A stretch of DNA of 64,000 bases from an uncultured Lachnospiraceae bacterium (GCA_905234245.1 CAJOGN010000005.1:411-64410), one strand, 5' to 3'; shown: positions 8,371-18,209, counted from the stretch's first letter. The notes: generated by a model not told the origin, from the letters alone. Made by a program: numbers and translations.

Positions 8371-9461
8371 TATTTATATATTTCCTTCATATAATCCATC
8401 TTGGAAGTCATATTATCCATCATCAAATCAAGAAGTGTAATCGCCGCCATACTCTCAACAACCACTACTGCTCTTGGCACAATAATAGGGTCATGTCTTC
8501 CGTTAATTGTAATATCAATTTCATCATGTAATCTATCAATGGTATGCTGCTTCTGACTAATTGAAGGCGTCGGTTTAATTGCTACTCTAAATACAATATC
8601 CTGTCCTGTGCTAATACCACCAAGCACACCACCTGCGTGATTAGAATGGAATACCACATCCTTTTGATAAGACATCTCGTCATTGTTATTGCTTCCGTTA
8701 CTTGTTGCAACTCTGAAGCCATCTCCAATCTCGAAGCCCTTAACAGCACCAATAGAAAGCATTGCCTGAGCAAGCTTAGCGTCTAATTTGTTAAATACAG
8801 GCTCACCAACCCCTGGCTTTACACCGTGAATCACACATTCAACTATACCACCAACTGAGTCGCTATTTCTCATACATTCCTCTATATAGTCCATAGCCTG
8901 AAATGCCACTCTGTCATTAGGCATATATAGTGGATTATCTATCTCATCCATATTAATATCATTAGGATCAGATATAACGTACTTACCAATTGCCCTTGTG
9001 TAACAATTAAGTGTAACACCTAATTCTCTAAGAATCTTGCTGGCAACTGCTCCGCCCGCAACTCTTGCGATTGTTTCTCTTCCTGAGCTTCGTCCACCGC
9101 CGCGATAATCCCTGATACCGAATTTCTCTTCAAATGTGTAATCAGCATGACCTGGTCGATAAACATTTGCAATATTAGAATAGTCCCTGGACTTCTGATT
9201 ATTATTCTCCACCATAATAGATATAGGGCATCCTGTAGTTACCCCTTCCATTGTTCCACTAAGTATTATGGCCTTATCATCTTCATTTCGTGGTGTTGTG
9301 TATTTTGACTGACCAGGCTTTCTCCTGTCGAGAAATACCTGAATGTCCTCTTCATCTAATTCAAGTCCTGCAGGGCAACCATCGATAACAACTCCTAATG
9401 CTTTGCCATGTGATTCTCCCCAGGTTGTAATTGTGTAATTATGTCCAAATGAATTATTCAT
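8370..9461 (-). CDS. aroC: Chorismate synthase
   Basis: TTWGESHG and RPGHADY motifs. The start is trimmed to ATG 9461 (MNNSFGHNY...). The GTG-extended ORF to 9497 would read through a hairpin cluster. Confidence 0.93.
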   Translation of the reverse strand: MNNSFGHNYTITTWGESHGKALGVVIDGCPAGLELDEEDIQVFLDRRKPGQSKYTTPRNEDDKAIILSGTMEGVTTGCPISIMVENNNQKSRDYSNIANVYRPGHADYTFEEKFGIRDYRGGGRSSGRETIARVAGGAVASKILRELGVTLNCYTRAIGKYVISDPNDINMDEIDNPLYMPNDRVAFQAMDYIEECMRNSDSVGGIVECVIHGVKPGVGEPVFNKLDAKLAQAMLSIGAVKGFEIGDGFRVATSNGSNNNDEMSYQKDVVFHSNHAGGVLGGISTGQDIVFRVAIKPTPSISQKQHTIDRLHDEIDITINGRHDPIIVPRAVVVVESMAAITLLDLMMDNMTSKMDYMKEIYK

Positions 9462-9472
9462 AACATGCTGTG

Positions 9473-9535
9473 TTTCGACGAAGTCGAAATACTGCACGCA
9501 GCCGCATTTCGCGAAGCGAAACTACAAATGCGTGC
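9473..9535. repeat. Nested GC-rich hairpin cluster upstream of aroC
   Basis: TTTCGAC-GAA-GTCGAAA (9473..9489) and TTTCGC-GAA-GCGAAA (9507..9521). The second is enclosed by GCACGCA (9494) / TGCGTGC (9529). Confidence 0.6.
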
Positions 9536-9558
9536 TGCTCCTTTCTATATTGTTATTA

Positions 9559-10605
9559 CTATGAAAGCCTCACTATCTTCATACAATTTGGCTGATTAAC
9601 CTTAACAGGTGGCTTTCTCATTAACGCATAATTCCATTCATAATTAATCTCGAATGCACGCATTTCATTGGAATCATGATTAAGAGAAACCACATGCTTT
9701 CTGTCAGGCATCACGCTTATATACTTAGGATAATCACCTGATACCCTTGTGTCGAACTTGAACTCTAACATGCCAGTTCTCTTATTTCTCTTAAGGCAAG
9801 CCAAGCTATTAACAGCATCTACAGATGAGAATACATATTCTTCATCAGCAGAAAGCTCTATAGTGGCAGCAGCCGCTGTCATATATGTGTCCTTAATTAC
9901 GGACACCGTCTGAATCAAATCATAGTCAAGCTTACCATCTTTATTAATAATCTTATATACATCAATCTTGTTACGTTTCTCACTAAGCAGATACAGGAAC
10001 TTGCCATTATGAGACATGCGAACCATTCTTGGAGCTGTACCAAATGCACATCGTATTATTGCTGCCTCGTTAAGCTCACCCTTATCATAATCAATCTCAT
10101 ATACAACTACCTGGTCAATACCATAATCAACTGTGTATAGATACTTTTCATCAGGAGACAGCTCAACACATGTAATCTTCGGCTCTAATCTTCTCTCAAC
10201 AGAGCTGATACCCTGGCCTTCATGGAACAATCCACATGCAATCTCTCCTATACTCCCGTCCTCTTCAAGATTCATCATCGTTACACGTCCATCATGATAT
10301 CCGCCAATGAAGAGGTATCTGTTCTTAGAGTCAACAGCGAGATAACAACCTCTCATACCGCCAATCCATTGGGTATTAATGAAGCTTAGGTTGCCATCCT
10401 CTTCTATACGAAATGCGCTTACACCTTCATCAACTATCGAATATAAGAACTTCTTGTCTCTTGACGAGATAAGATAGGAGGGGTTATTGACATCAACTTC
10501 TCCCTTATATGTAAACACACATTCTTCAATATCTACATCGTAGATCTGAATTCCCTTCTTGTTATTATTAGTGTAGCTTCCTACATATGCAACATATCCT
10601 GCCAT
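9559..10605 (-). CDS. Lactonase family protein (7-bladed beta-propeller, 6-phosphogluconolactonase-like)
   Basis: 348 aa. Repeated blade-like segments (..KFLYS.., ..RYLFIG.., ..KYLYTVDYG.., ..KFLYLLSE..) are typical of the lactonase beta-propeller family. Confidence 0.75.
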   Translation of the reverse strand: MAGYVAYVGSYTNNNKKGIQIYDVDIEECVFTYKGEVDVNNPSYLISSRDKKFLYSIVDEGVSAFRIEEDGNLSFINTQWIGGMRGCYLAVDSKNRYLFIGGYHDGRVTMMNLEEDGSIGEIACGLFHEGQGISSVERRLEPKITCVELSPDEKYLYTVDYGIDQVVVYEIDYDKGELNEAAIIRCAFGTAPRMVRMSHNGKFLYLLSEKRNKIDVYKIINKDGKLDYDLIQTVSVIKDTYMTAAAATIELSADEEYVFSSVDAVNSLACLKRNKRTGMLEFKFDTRVSGDYPKYISVMPDRKHVVSLNHDSNEMRAFEINYEWNYALMRKPPVKVNQPNCMKIVRLS

Positions 10606-10607
10606 AA

Positions 10608-11831
10608 CTAGTCTTCCTTCCTTCTAATAATATCGTATCTATCAAGTTCTATACCTAAGTCAATCCAAAGCATTTCCTTTGGATGAGGTGCGCTATCCAC
10701 ATCTACACCCTTCTCATTAACAATTCGCTTAACTTCTACTTCTATGTTATCACCATTAGGTTTCATTACTTCAATAGTCTCGCCCACTGAGAACTTATTC
10801 TTCTGCTCAATTGAATATAAGCCATCCTTACACTCGCCAATAATTCCAAGATAAGTGTACTCCTTGATATAAGTGTTATTATCATATATCTGGGCTTCAT
10901 GCGTTGGCTTACCGAAGAAAAAGCCTGTTGTAAACTGTCGATATGTACAATTAGAAATCTGGTCAAGATACCAAGGCATATTCTTCTCATAAAGCTCAGG
11001 ATCTTTAAGATAATCATCTATTGCCTTACGATATGTCCTTGCAACAGTAGCTACATACAGGGCCGTCTTCATTCTTCCTTCAATCTTAAAGCTGTCAATT
11101 CCAGCGTCAATAAGCTCAGGAATATGCTCTATCATACACAAATCCTTGGAGTTAAATATATAAGTTCCTCTCTCGTTTTCATATACAGGAAGATACTCCC
11201 CTGGGCGTTCTTCCTCCATTATATGATATTTCCAACGACAAGGATGGGTACATTCTCCCTGATTCGCATCACGACCAGTAAAGTAATTACTAAGGAGGCA
11301 TCTTCCTGAATAGGAAATGCACATTGCACCATGAATAAATGTCTCTATCTCTAAATCATCAGGAATATTCTCTCTTAACTCCTTAATCTCATCCATGGAT
11401 AATTCTCTGGCTGAAACAACACGCTTTGCCCCAAGCTTATGCCAGAAATTATATGTTCCATAATTAGTATTATTAGCCTGTGTGCTTATATGTATCTCGA
11501 CCTCTGGCCACACCTTTTTAGCAATCTCGAATACACCAGGGTCAGATATAATAAGTGCATCTACACCTATACTCTTAAGCTCTTCAAAATATTCATAGGC
11601 AAGAGTCAAATCCTTATTATGCGCCAATATATTCGCAGTTACATATACCTTAACACCGCGTCCATGTGCAAACTCTACACCTTCTGCCATTTCCTCGTTA
11701 GAGAAATTCTTAGCCTTGGCACGAAGTCCGAACACATCGCCACCAATATATACAGCGTCAGCTCCGAATATAACAGCCTCCTTAAGAACCTCCAAAGAAC
11801 TGGCAGGTACAAGTAATTCAACTTGTCTCAT
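10608..11831 (-). CDS. Peptidase U32 family protein (YrrO/TrhP-like, linked to tRNA U34 hydroxylation in B. subtilis)
   Basis: ELLVPA...AGADAVYIGG..FGLRA...F, E..IHGAMCISYSGRCLLS and a C-terminal beta-barrel. Sits next to a YrrM-type methyltransferase, as in yrrMNO. Confidence 0.85.
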   Translation of the reverse strand: MRQVELLVPASSLEVLKEAVIFGADAVYIGGDVFGLRAKAKNFSNEEMAEGVEFAHGRGVKVYVTANILAHNKDLTLAYEYFEELKSIGVDALIISDPGVFEIAKKVWPEVEIHISTQANNTNYGTYNFWHKLGAKRVVSARELSMDEIKELRENIPDDLEIETFIHGAMCISYSGRCLLSNYFTGRDANQGECTHPCRWKYHIMEEERPGEYLPVYENERGTYIFNSKDLCMIEHIPELIDAGIDSFKIEGRMKTALYVATVARTYRKAIDDYLKDPELYEKNMPWYLDQISNCTYRQFTTGFFFGKPTHEAQIYDNNTYIKEYTYLGIIGECKDGLYSIEQKNKFSVGETIEVMKPNGDNIEVEVKRIVNEKGVDVDSAPHPKEMLWIDLGIELDRYDIIRRKED

Positions 11832-11845
11832 TAATAATCTCCAAT

Positions 11846-12487
11846 CTACTTTACTACAGTAAGTGCAACACCATCTCCAACAGAAAGAATTGTTGTATCG
11901 TAATCTTCATTCTGACACAACTCATAGAGATATTCTCTAATTCTCTTATGAATTGTACGATTCCTTCTATCAACTATAAAATGTGATTCAAGAATATCAC
12001 CATCCTGCAACACATTATCTGTAACTATTACAGAGCCAGGAGAAGTAAGACGCTTAATTTCTGGCCAAAAGTTAATATACTGCCCCTTAGCCGCATCCAT
12101 AAACACAAAATCATATACTCCTGTGAGAGTAGGAAGTATGTCTTTTGCGTCACCCTCTAATAAGGTAACTCTATCAGCCACACCGGCTCTACTGAAATTC
12201 TCTCTTGCAATAGGGATTCGCTTCTCGTAATTCTCTATAGTTGTTATAGAACAATCATCACTTGTATTATATGCCATTAAGATTGCAGAAAAACCAATGG
12301 CAGTCCCAACCTCTAATACTCGCTTAGGCTTATTCATTGCAAGTAAGGTTCGCATTAGATATTGCATATCCTTACGAATAATTGGAACAAAGGTATCGAT
12401 TGCTTCTGCTTCTATTGTATCAAGAAGCTTACCATTACCCTTCTCTATGGAATTAAGATATACACTCAATCTGTCATTATCAACCAT
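11846..12487 (-). CDS. trmR: Class I SAM-dependent O-methyltransferase, family 3 (YrrM/TrmR-like)
   Basis: VLEVGTAIGFSAILMA (SAM motif I) and FVFMDAAKGQY. 213 aa. Synteny with the U32 peptidase gene. Confidence 0.75.
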   Translation of the reverse strand: MVDNDRLSVYLNSIEKGNGKLLDTIEAEAIDTFVPIIRKDMQYLMRTLLAMNKPKRVLEVGTAIGFSAILMAYNTSDDCSITTIENYEKRIPIARENFSRAGVADRVTLLEGDAKDILPTLTGVYDFVFMDAAKGQYINFWPEIKRLTSPGSVIVTDNVLQDGDILESHFIVDRRNRTIHKRIREYLYELCQNEDYDTTILSVGDGVALTVVK

Positions 12488-12494
12488 AATGTCA

Positions 12495-14153
12495 CTATAC
12501 TTCCATAATAATTGGCATTATCATAGGACGTCTCTTAGTCTCTTTCCATACGAAGTCACCAAGTGCATCCTTAATACGAGCCTTGATTTTATTCCAGTCA
12601 GTAACGTTTTGTGACATACATTTATCCATTGTATCATTAAGGACATCTCTTGCAGATTCCATAAGATCTTCTGCACCTTTTACATATACAAATCCACGGG
12701 ATACAATATCAGGTCCAGCCAGAACCTGGGCACTTCCGCTCTCAAGAGTAAGAACTACAATGATAATTCCGTCCTCAGACAGACGCTGTCTGTCATGTAA
12801 TACAATATTACCTACGTCACCAACACCAAGTCCATCAACCATTATTGCACCTGTATGAACATGGTCAGTAACCTTAGCACCTTCATCATCTAATTCCAAT
12901 ACATCTCCAGATGACAATATGAATATATCATCAGACTTATATCCAAGGGTTGTTGCAATTCTTGCATGGGCCTTAAGATGCTTATACTCTCCATGAACTG
13001 GTATTACATACTTAGGATTAACAAGAGAATATATAAGCTTAAGCTCTTCCTGACAGGCATGTCCTGATACATGGGCATCCTGAATAACAACCTCTGCACC
13101 ACGTCTTGAAAGCTCATTAATAACCTTAGATACTGCCTTCTCATTACCAGGAATTGGATGAGAAGAGAATATTATTGTATCGTTAGGTTTAATAGATACC
13201 TTTCTATGAGTACCATTGGCCATTCTTGACAAGGCAGCCATTGACTCTCCCTGGCTTCCTGTTGTTATAAGGCAGGTCTGCTCATCAGAATAATTCTTAA
13301 GCTGGTCGATATCAACAAGTGTATACTCAGGCACCTTAAGATATCCAAGCTCCGAAGCCGTAGCAATAATGTTGACCATACTTCGGCCTTCTACCACTAC
13401 CTTCCTTCCGAATTTATGGGCAGAATTAATGATTTGCTGCACCCTGTCAACATTTGAAGCAAATGTAGCAATAATAATTCTTGTAGACTTATGATTCTCG
13501 AACAATTCATCAAATGTCTTACCAACAGTCTTCTCTGACGGAGTAAATCCAGGGCGCTCAGCATTAGTACTATCAGCCAGCATTGCAAGCACACCCTTCT
13601 TACCAAGCTCTGCGAATCGGGTTAAATCAATAGCATCACCATATACAGGTGTATAATCCACCTTAAAGTCTCCAGTATGAACAACTACTCCTGCTGGTGA
13701 ATAAATTGCAAATGCAGCTGCATCCTGAATACTGTGATTAGTCTTAATAAATTCAACACGAAAACAGCCAGCATTAATATGCTGCCCGTATTTTACGACT
13801 TTACGCCTTACCTGAGACATAAGATTATGCTCGCGAAGCTTATTATCAATAAGACCTATTGTAAGCATTGTTGCATAAATAGGCGCATTAATCTCCTTAA
13901 AGACATAAGGAATGGCACCTATATGATCTTCATGACCATGAGTTATGAAGAACCCTTTAATTTTATCTTCATTCTCCTGAAGATAAGTAATATCAGGAAT
14001 AACAAGGTCTACTCCTAACATATCTGTCTCTGGAAATGCAAGACCACAATCCACAACGATAATACTGTCATCATACTCGAAGGCAGTAATATTCATTCCA
14101 ATTGCCTCTAAACCTCCCAGAGGAATGATTTTTAATTTTCCGTTTTCTGACAA
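12495..14153 (-). CDS. rnj: Ribonuclease J
   Basis: Metallo-beta-lactamase HGHEDHIG motif, beta-CASP region and a C-terminal domain. 552 aa with the typical N-terminus KIIPLGGLEAIGMN. Confidence 0.93.
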   Translation of the reverse strand: MSENGKLKIIPLGGLEAIGMNITAFEYDDSIIVVDCGLAFPETDMLGVDLVIPDITYLQENEDKIKGFFITHGHEDHIGAIPYVFKEINAPIYATMLTIGLIDNKLREHNLMSQVRRKVVKYGQHINAGCFRVEFIKTNHSIQDAAAFAIYSPAGVVVHTGDFKVDYTPVYGDAIDLTRFAELGKKGVLAMLADSTNAERPGFTPSEKTVGKTFDELFENHKSTRIIIATFASNVDRVQQIINSAHKFGRKVVVEGRSMVNIIATASELGYLKVPEYTLVDIDQLKNYSDEQTCLITTGSQGESMAALSRMANGTHRKVSIKPNDTIIFSSHPIPGNEKAVSKVINELSRRGAEVVIQDAHVSGHACQEELKLIYSLVNPKYVIPVHGEYKHLKAHARIATTLGYKSDDIFILSSGDVLELDDEGAKVTDHVHTGAIMVDGLGVGDVGNIVLHDRQRLSEDGIIIVVLTLESGSAQVLAGPDIVSRGFVYVKGAEDLMESARDVLNDTMDKCMSQNVTDWNKIKARIKDALGDFVWKETKRRPMIMPIIMEV

Positions 14154-14165
14154 TTTATACCTCCA

Positions 14166-14441
14166 TTACACTAAATCTGTATCTTCCAAAAGTTCAGAGA
14201 ACACCTTAATTAAGGCTTCGTACTCATCGTCCTCTTCAACAGGAACATACGTTAACTCGTTATCATCATCAGACACTTCCTTAAAGATATAAGCATCTGA
14301 CTCGTCAGAATCATCCTCTGATACGAGTAGATACTTCTTTTCTTTAAGAGTTGTCTGTTCAATTACAAATAATTCGACTTCTTCATTACTATCTGTATCA
14401 TAAAAAGTTATTTTATCCAAAATTAAAACTCCTATCATCAT
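14166..14441 (-). CDS. DUF1292 (YrzB-like) acidic protein
   Basis: Acidic ~85-aa protein in the conserved position after ruvX. AGGAG spacing suggests the real start may be TTG at 14420. Confidence 0.8.
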   Translation of the reverse strand: MMIGVLILDKITFYDTDSNEEVELFVIEQTTLKEKKYLLVSEDDSDESDAYIFKEVSDDDNELTYVPVEEDDEYEALIKVFSELLEDTDLV

Positions 14442-14505
14442 CTAGGTCATAAAATATCTTCACACTCATACAGAAAATCGTGTTGAAGATATTTTATGCC
14501 CTAGA
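14441..14505. repeat. Conserved-loop hairpin, copy B (apex 14466..14479)
   Basis: TCTAGGTCATAAAATATCTTCA pairs with TGAAGATATTTTATGCCCTAGA. These stems flank CACTCATACAGAAAATCGTG. Confidence 0.75.
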
Positions 14506-14517
14506 TTAGCTACCAAC

Positions 14518-14967
14518 TTATTTGCCATACTTCTCTTCAAGAAAACCTTGCAGGATGACCATGGCAGCGACTTCATCAACGAATTCTTTGTGATTAACTG
14601 ATTTAATGCCACATTCATCTAATATCTCATGAGCTTCAAAGCTAGAAAGCCTCTCATCAAAATAATTGACCTTGAGTCCTGTCCTTCGCTCAAGATTCTC
14701 ACCAAATTCTCTGGTCTTACGGCAACGCTCTCCCTCAGTATCATCCATATTCATTGGAAGGCCAAGAACAATCTCGTCAACACCATATTCTTTAATTATT
14801 TCATCAATTCTAGACAAGGTCTTTCTAATTTTACTTTCCCTGTCTCTTCTAATAATCTCAAGACCACTTGCACTCATAAGTAAAGGGTCACTAATAGCAA
14901 CCCCTACTGTCTTACTACCGAAATCTAATCCTAGATATCGTTTGTTATTATTCATTATTGATTCCAA
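14518..14967 (-). CDS. ruvX: Holliday junction resolvase-like protein RuvX (YqgF family)
   Basis: YLGLDFGSKTVGVAISD at the N-terminus, ..DER.SS.EA.. and a C-terminal AA.ILQ.FL. Confidence 0.9.
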   Translation of the reverse strand: MESIMNNNKRYLGLDFGSKTVGVAISDPLLMSASGLEIIRRDRESKIRKTLSRIDEIIKEYGVDEIVLGLPMNMDDTEGERCRKTREFGENLERRTGLKVNYFDERLSSFEAHEILDECGIKSVNHKEFVDEVAAMVILQGFLEEKYGK

Positions 14968-15221
14968 GCCTCTGAATTAATATACTCTCTAAGCAATTCC
15001 TCTACTAATTCATCCTTCTCAACCTTCATAATAAGGCTTCTAGCATTCTTATGACTTGTGATAAATGTTGGGTCACCAGACATAATATAACCCACTATCT
15101 GATTAACAGGATTATATCCCTTCTCAGATAATGCCTCATACACCTCTTTGATAATATCCTTAACAGATACCTGAGGTTCATTCTTAATTCTAAAAAATTG
15201 TGTGTTGCCTAAATCTTGCAT
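14955..15221 (-). CDS. UPF0297 / IreB family regulatory phosphoprotein (YrzL-like)
   Basis: 88 aa. ..VYEALSEKGYNPVNQIVGYIMSGDPTFITSHKNARSLI.. is the family signature. Synteny with ruvX. Confidence 0.85.
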   Translation of the reverse strand: MQDLGNTQFFRIKNEPQVSVKDIIKEVYEALSEKGYNPVNQIVGYIMSGDPTFITSHKNARSLIMKVEKDELVEELLREYINSEAWNQ

Positions 15222-15281
15222 AGCTTTCTTCCTTCTCTTTATAAAAACCCAATTTACTTAATGTTTATTTTATATCAATTG

Positions 15282-16595
15282 CTACATTTTTTCAACCAAT
15301 AGTAAGTTATTATGAATACTTACACCTCTAACCTTAATTATCTCATTAGACAAATCATCCTCGGTCTTAACACAAACCATAATGTATTCCTTCGTATAAC
15401 CACGATAATACCTTTCCTTATCTATTAGGATGCTTTCCTCCATTAAGGCATCCATTTCTTTGCCAATGAATTGCTCCATATAATCTATCGACATTTTTTT
15501 ATTTAATTCAAGTAGCTTGCCACTTCGTGATGACTTGAGCGCCTCATCTACCTGTCCTGACATCTTATCAGCCTTGGTTCCTTTACGCCTGCTATACTTG
15601 AAAATGTGCATTGCAGCAAAATGTACTTTATCTAAGAAGTCATATGTTGTAGTGAATTCCTCCTCTGTCTCCTGGGGAAATCCCACGATAACATCAGTTG
15701 TAATGGCAGGATTATGGAAATACTCCCTTAGGAGTACACATTTATCATAGTATTCAGAAGTTGTATACTTCCTATTCATCCTACTTAACACATCGTCGCT
15801 GCCACTCTGCAAAGACAGATGAAAATGAGGACAAATCTTGTCTACTTTAACAAGACGCTTAACAAAATCCTCTGTAATAATACCTGGTTCAAGAGAGCTT
15901 AACCTGATTCTCTCTACTCCTTCAATATCATTAATAGCCTCTATTAAGTCAATGAGATAATAATCCCTATCATCCTCGTTTACATGATATGAAGATACGT
16001 GTATTCCTGTTAGCACGAATTCCTTGCAGCCTTGCTTGGACAGATTAGCGATTTCTTCAACCACACTACTAACACTTCGTGAGCGCACTCTTCCTCTTGC
16101 ATATGGAATAATACAGTATGTACAAAACTGGTTACAGCCATCCTGAATCTTGATAAATGCTCTCGTCCTTGAAGACACATTTTCAAGAGTCATATCCTCA
16201 AAGCCAACCTTACTATTGTTAATGTCTTCCAAGTCGGACAGCTTCTCCTTTGATTCAATGAAGCTTTCAATATCATCCACAATATTGTTCTTCCTATTGT
16301 TGCCAATATAAATATCGGCGTTAATCTTATCCTTGTCTGCATCAGTAAGGCCCTGCACAAAACAGCCCATTGCAACAACTATAGCATCCGGATTTCTACG
16401 CCTTGCACGATTAATCATTTGCCTTGATTTGTGGTCAGCAATATTGGTAACAGAACAGGTATTAATAATATATACATCAGCTTCGCTTTCGAACTCGACA
16501 ATTGAATATCCGCCCTTCTTTAGCAAATCAATGACAGCCTCAAGTTCATAAGTATTAACTTTACATCCAAGATTATGATATGCCGCACTTTTCAT
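15282..16595 (-). CDS. mtaB: tRNA N6-threonylcarbamoyladenosine methylthiotransferase MtaB (radical SAM)
   Basis: N-terminal LGCKVN, radical SAM CNQFCTYCIIP and a TRAM-like C-terminus. The start is trimmed to MKSAAYHNLGCKVN (16595). Confidence 0.9.
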   Translation of the reverse strand: MKSAAYHNLGCKVNTYELEAVIDLLKKGGYSIVEFESEADVYIINTCSVTNIADHKSRQMINRARRRNPDAIVVAMGCFVQGLTDADKDKINADIYIGNNRKNNIVDDIESFIESKEKLSDLEDINNSKVGFEDMTLENVSSRTRAFIKIQDGCNQFCTYCIIPYARGRVRSRSVSSVVEEIANLSKQGCKEFVLTGIHVSSYHVNEDDRDYYLIDLIEAINDIEGVERIRLSSLEPGIITEDFVKRLVKVDKICPHFHLSLQSGSDDVLSRMNRKYTTSEYYDKCVLLREYFHNPAITTDVIVGFPQETEEEFTTTYDFLDKVHFAAMHIFKYSRRKGTKADKMSGQVDEALKSSRSGKLLELNKKMSIDYMEQFIGKEMDALMEESILIDKERYYRGYTKEYIMVCVKTEDDLSNEIIKVRGVSIHNNLLLVEKM

Positions 16596-16689
16596 TAAGT
16601 GTTTTTTCTCCTTACTTATTGACTTTTGTTCAAATAACATTTAGGATAATAGGTAGTATATATTATAAAAAATGTGGGAGGTTTTGAAA

Positions 16690-16920
16690 ATGACAAAAAT
16701 ACAAATTTCTCTAAATTCAATTGACAAAGTAAAAGCATTTGTTAATACAATTGCTACATTTGACACTGACTTTGATCTTGTATCAGGTAGATATGTTATT
16801 GATGCAAAATCAATTATGGGTATTTTCTCATTAGATTTATCTAAGCCAATTGAGTTAGCAATCCATTCAGAAAAAGATGTGGATGACATCCTAAAGGCTT
16901 TAGAGCCATACACAATCTAA
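16690..16920 (+). CDS. HPr-family protein of the Crh-like type (Ser46 region present, His15 absent)
   Basis: ..DAKSIMGIFSLDL.. matches the HPr Ser46 region. The position of GIHARPA reads SIDKVKA (no His). GGGAGG RBS lies before ATG 16690. Confidence 0.75.
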   Translation: MTKIQISLNSIDKVKAFVNTIATFDTDFDLVSGRYVIDAKSIMGIFSLDLSKPIELAIHSEKDVDDILKALEPYTI

Positions 16921-16943
16921 TCTGAACAAATAATAACACTAAT

Positions 16944-16971
16944 TAGCACAGGTCATGCCTGTGCTATTTTT
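16944..16971 (+). terminator. Intrinsic terminator of the HPr-like gene
   Basis: TAGCACAGG-tcatg-CCTGTGCTA followed by TTTTT. Confidence 0.7.
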
Positions 16972-17000
16972 GTGCAATCTAATAATGGCTATCGGTATAA

Positions 17001-18191
17001 CTAGTCATCACCATTAACAATAATGACCTCTGTACTGTTATAAGCCTCCTCAAGCAACCTGTCTATATCGTCTTCAAGCCTTTTTTCTGATTTCTTGATT
17101 CTGTCTAGCTTAGGCTTTGTCACGGGATGCTTAGCCACGAATATAGTACAGCAATCCTCGTACGGCTGTATTGAAGTCTCATAGGTGTCTATTTTTTCGG
17201 ACACCCTTATAATCTCCTGCTTATCGAATCCTATAAGAGGTCTATATACAGGAAGTGTACATACTTCATTAGTTGTAAGAAGAGACTGCATCGTCTGACT
17301 GGCAACCTGACCTATGCTCTCTCCAGTAATTAATCCTAAGCAATCATCCTGCAAGGCAAAATGCTCCGCAATCATCATCATATATCGCCTCATAATAATT
17401 GTTAACTCTTCATGAGGACATTTCTCATATATAGCCAGCTGTATATCAGTAAAGTTAACAATATGAAGCTTAATTGGACCTGCGTACTTAGCCACATATT
17501 TTGCAAGGTCAACCACCTTCTGCTTGGCGCGCTCCGAGGTATAAGGTGGTGCATGAAAATAAGTTGCTTCCAGCTGCACGCCACGCTTTGCAATCATATA
17601 TCCAGCAACAGGGGAATCAATCCCACCTGACAGAAGAAGCATAGCTTTACCAGCAGTTCCAACAGGCATACCCATTGGTCCTTCGATTTCCTTGCAATAG
17701 AAGTTGATGCTCTCTCTAATCTCAACATGAATCATAACCTCAGGATTATGAACATCCACCTTAAGTTCAGGGAATGCGTCAAGAAGCTTCTCACCAAGGG
17801 ATGCGTTAATCTCCATTGAGTCAATGGGGTAATCCTTCCTTGCTCTTCTTGCCTTAACCTTGAATGTGAAATTCTTATCCTCAAACTCTTCATCAATATA
17901 CTTAACAATCTGCTCTGCTAGCTTATCAAAGCCCTCATCTTCTGTAATTACAGCAGGGCAGATTCCTGTAATTCCAAATACTTTAGTCAGACGATTAATT
18001 GCTTCGTCATAGTCATAATCTCCATCAACAGTGATAAATACTCTTCCCTGTTCTTTATAGACCTGGAATTCTCCATCCACATTTTCAAGAGTCTCCTTAA
18101 TGCGGCGAACCAAGGCGTCCTCGAACACATATCTGTTCTTACCCTTAATTCCAATCTCTGCATATTTTATAACAAATGCACTCGTTAACAT
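17001..18191 (-). CDS. thiI: tRNA 4-thiouridine synthase ThiI
   Basis: EIGIKGKNR (N-terminal ferredoxin-like domain/THUMP) and the PP-loop SGGIDSPVA. The start is trimmed to ATG 18191, because the longer TTG ORF contains the RBS AAGGAG itself. Confidence 0.92.
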   Translation of the reverse strand: MLTSAFVIKYAEIGIKGKNRYVFEDALVRRIKETLENVDGEFQVYKEQGRVFITVDGDYDYDEAINRLTKVFGITGICPAVITEDEGFDKLAEQIVKYIDEEFEDKNFTFKVKARRARKDYPIDSMEINASLGEKLLDAFPELKVDVHNPEVMIHVEIRESINFYCKEIEGPMGMPVGTAGKAMLLLSGGIDSPVAGYMIAKRGVQLEATYFHAPPYTSERAKQKVVDLAKYVAKYAGPIKLHIVNFTDIQLAIYEKCPHEELTIIMRRYMMMIAEHFALQDDCLGLITGESIGQVASQTMQSLLTTNEVCTLPVYRPLIGFDKQEIIRVSEKIDTYETSIQPYEDCCTIFVAKHPVTKPKLDRIKKSEKRLEDDIDRLLEEAYNSTEVIIVNGDD

Positions 18192-18209
18192 ATCATTCTC
18201 CTTAATCAA

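Noticed and set aside
16641-16913. 90-aa minus-strand ORF opposite the HPr-like gene
   Set aside because: It is a shadow of the plus-strand HPr-family gene, which has an RBS, a terminator and family motifs.
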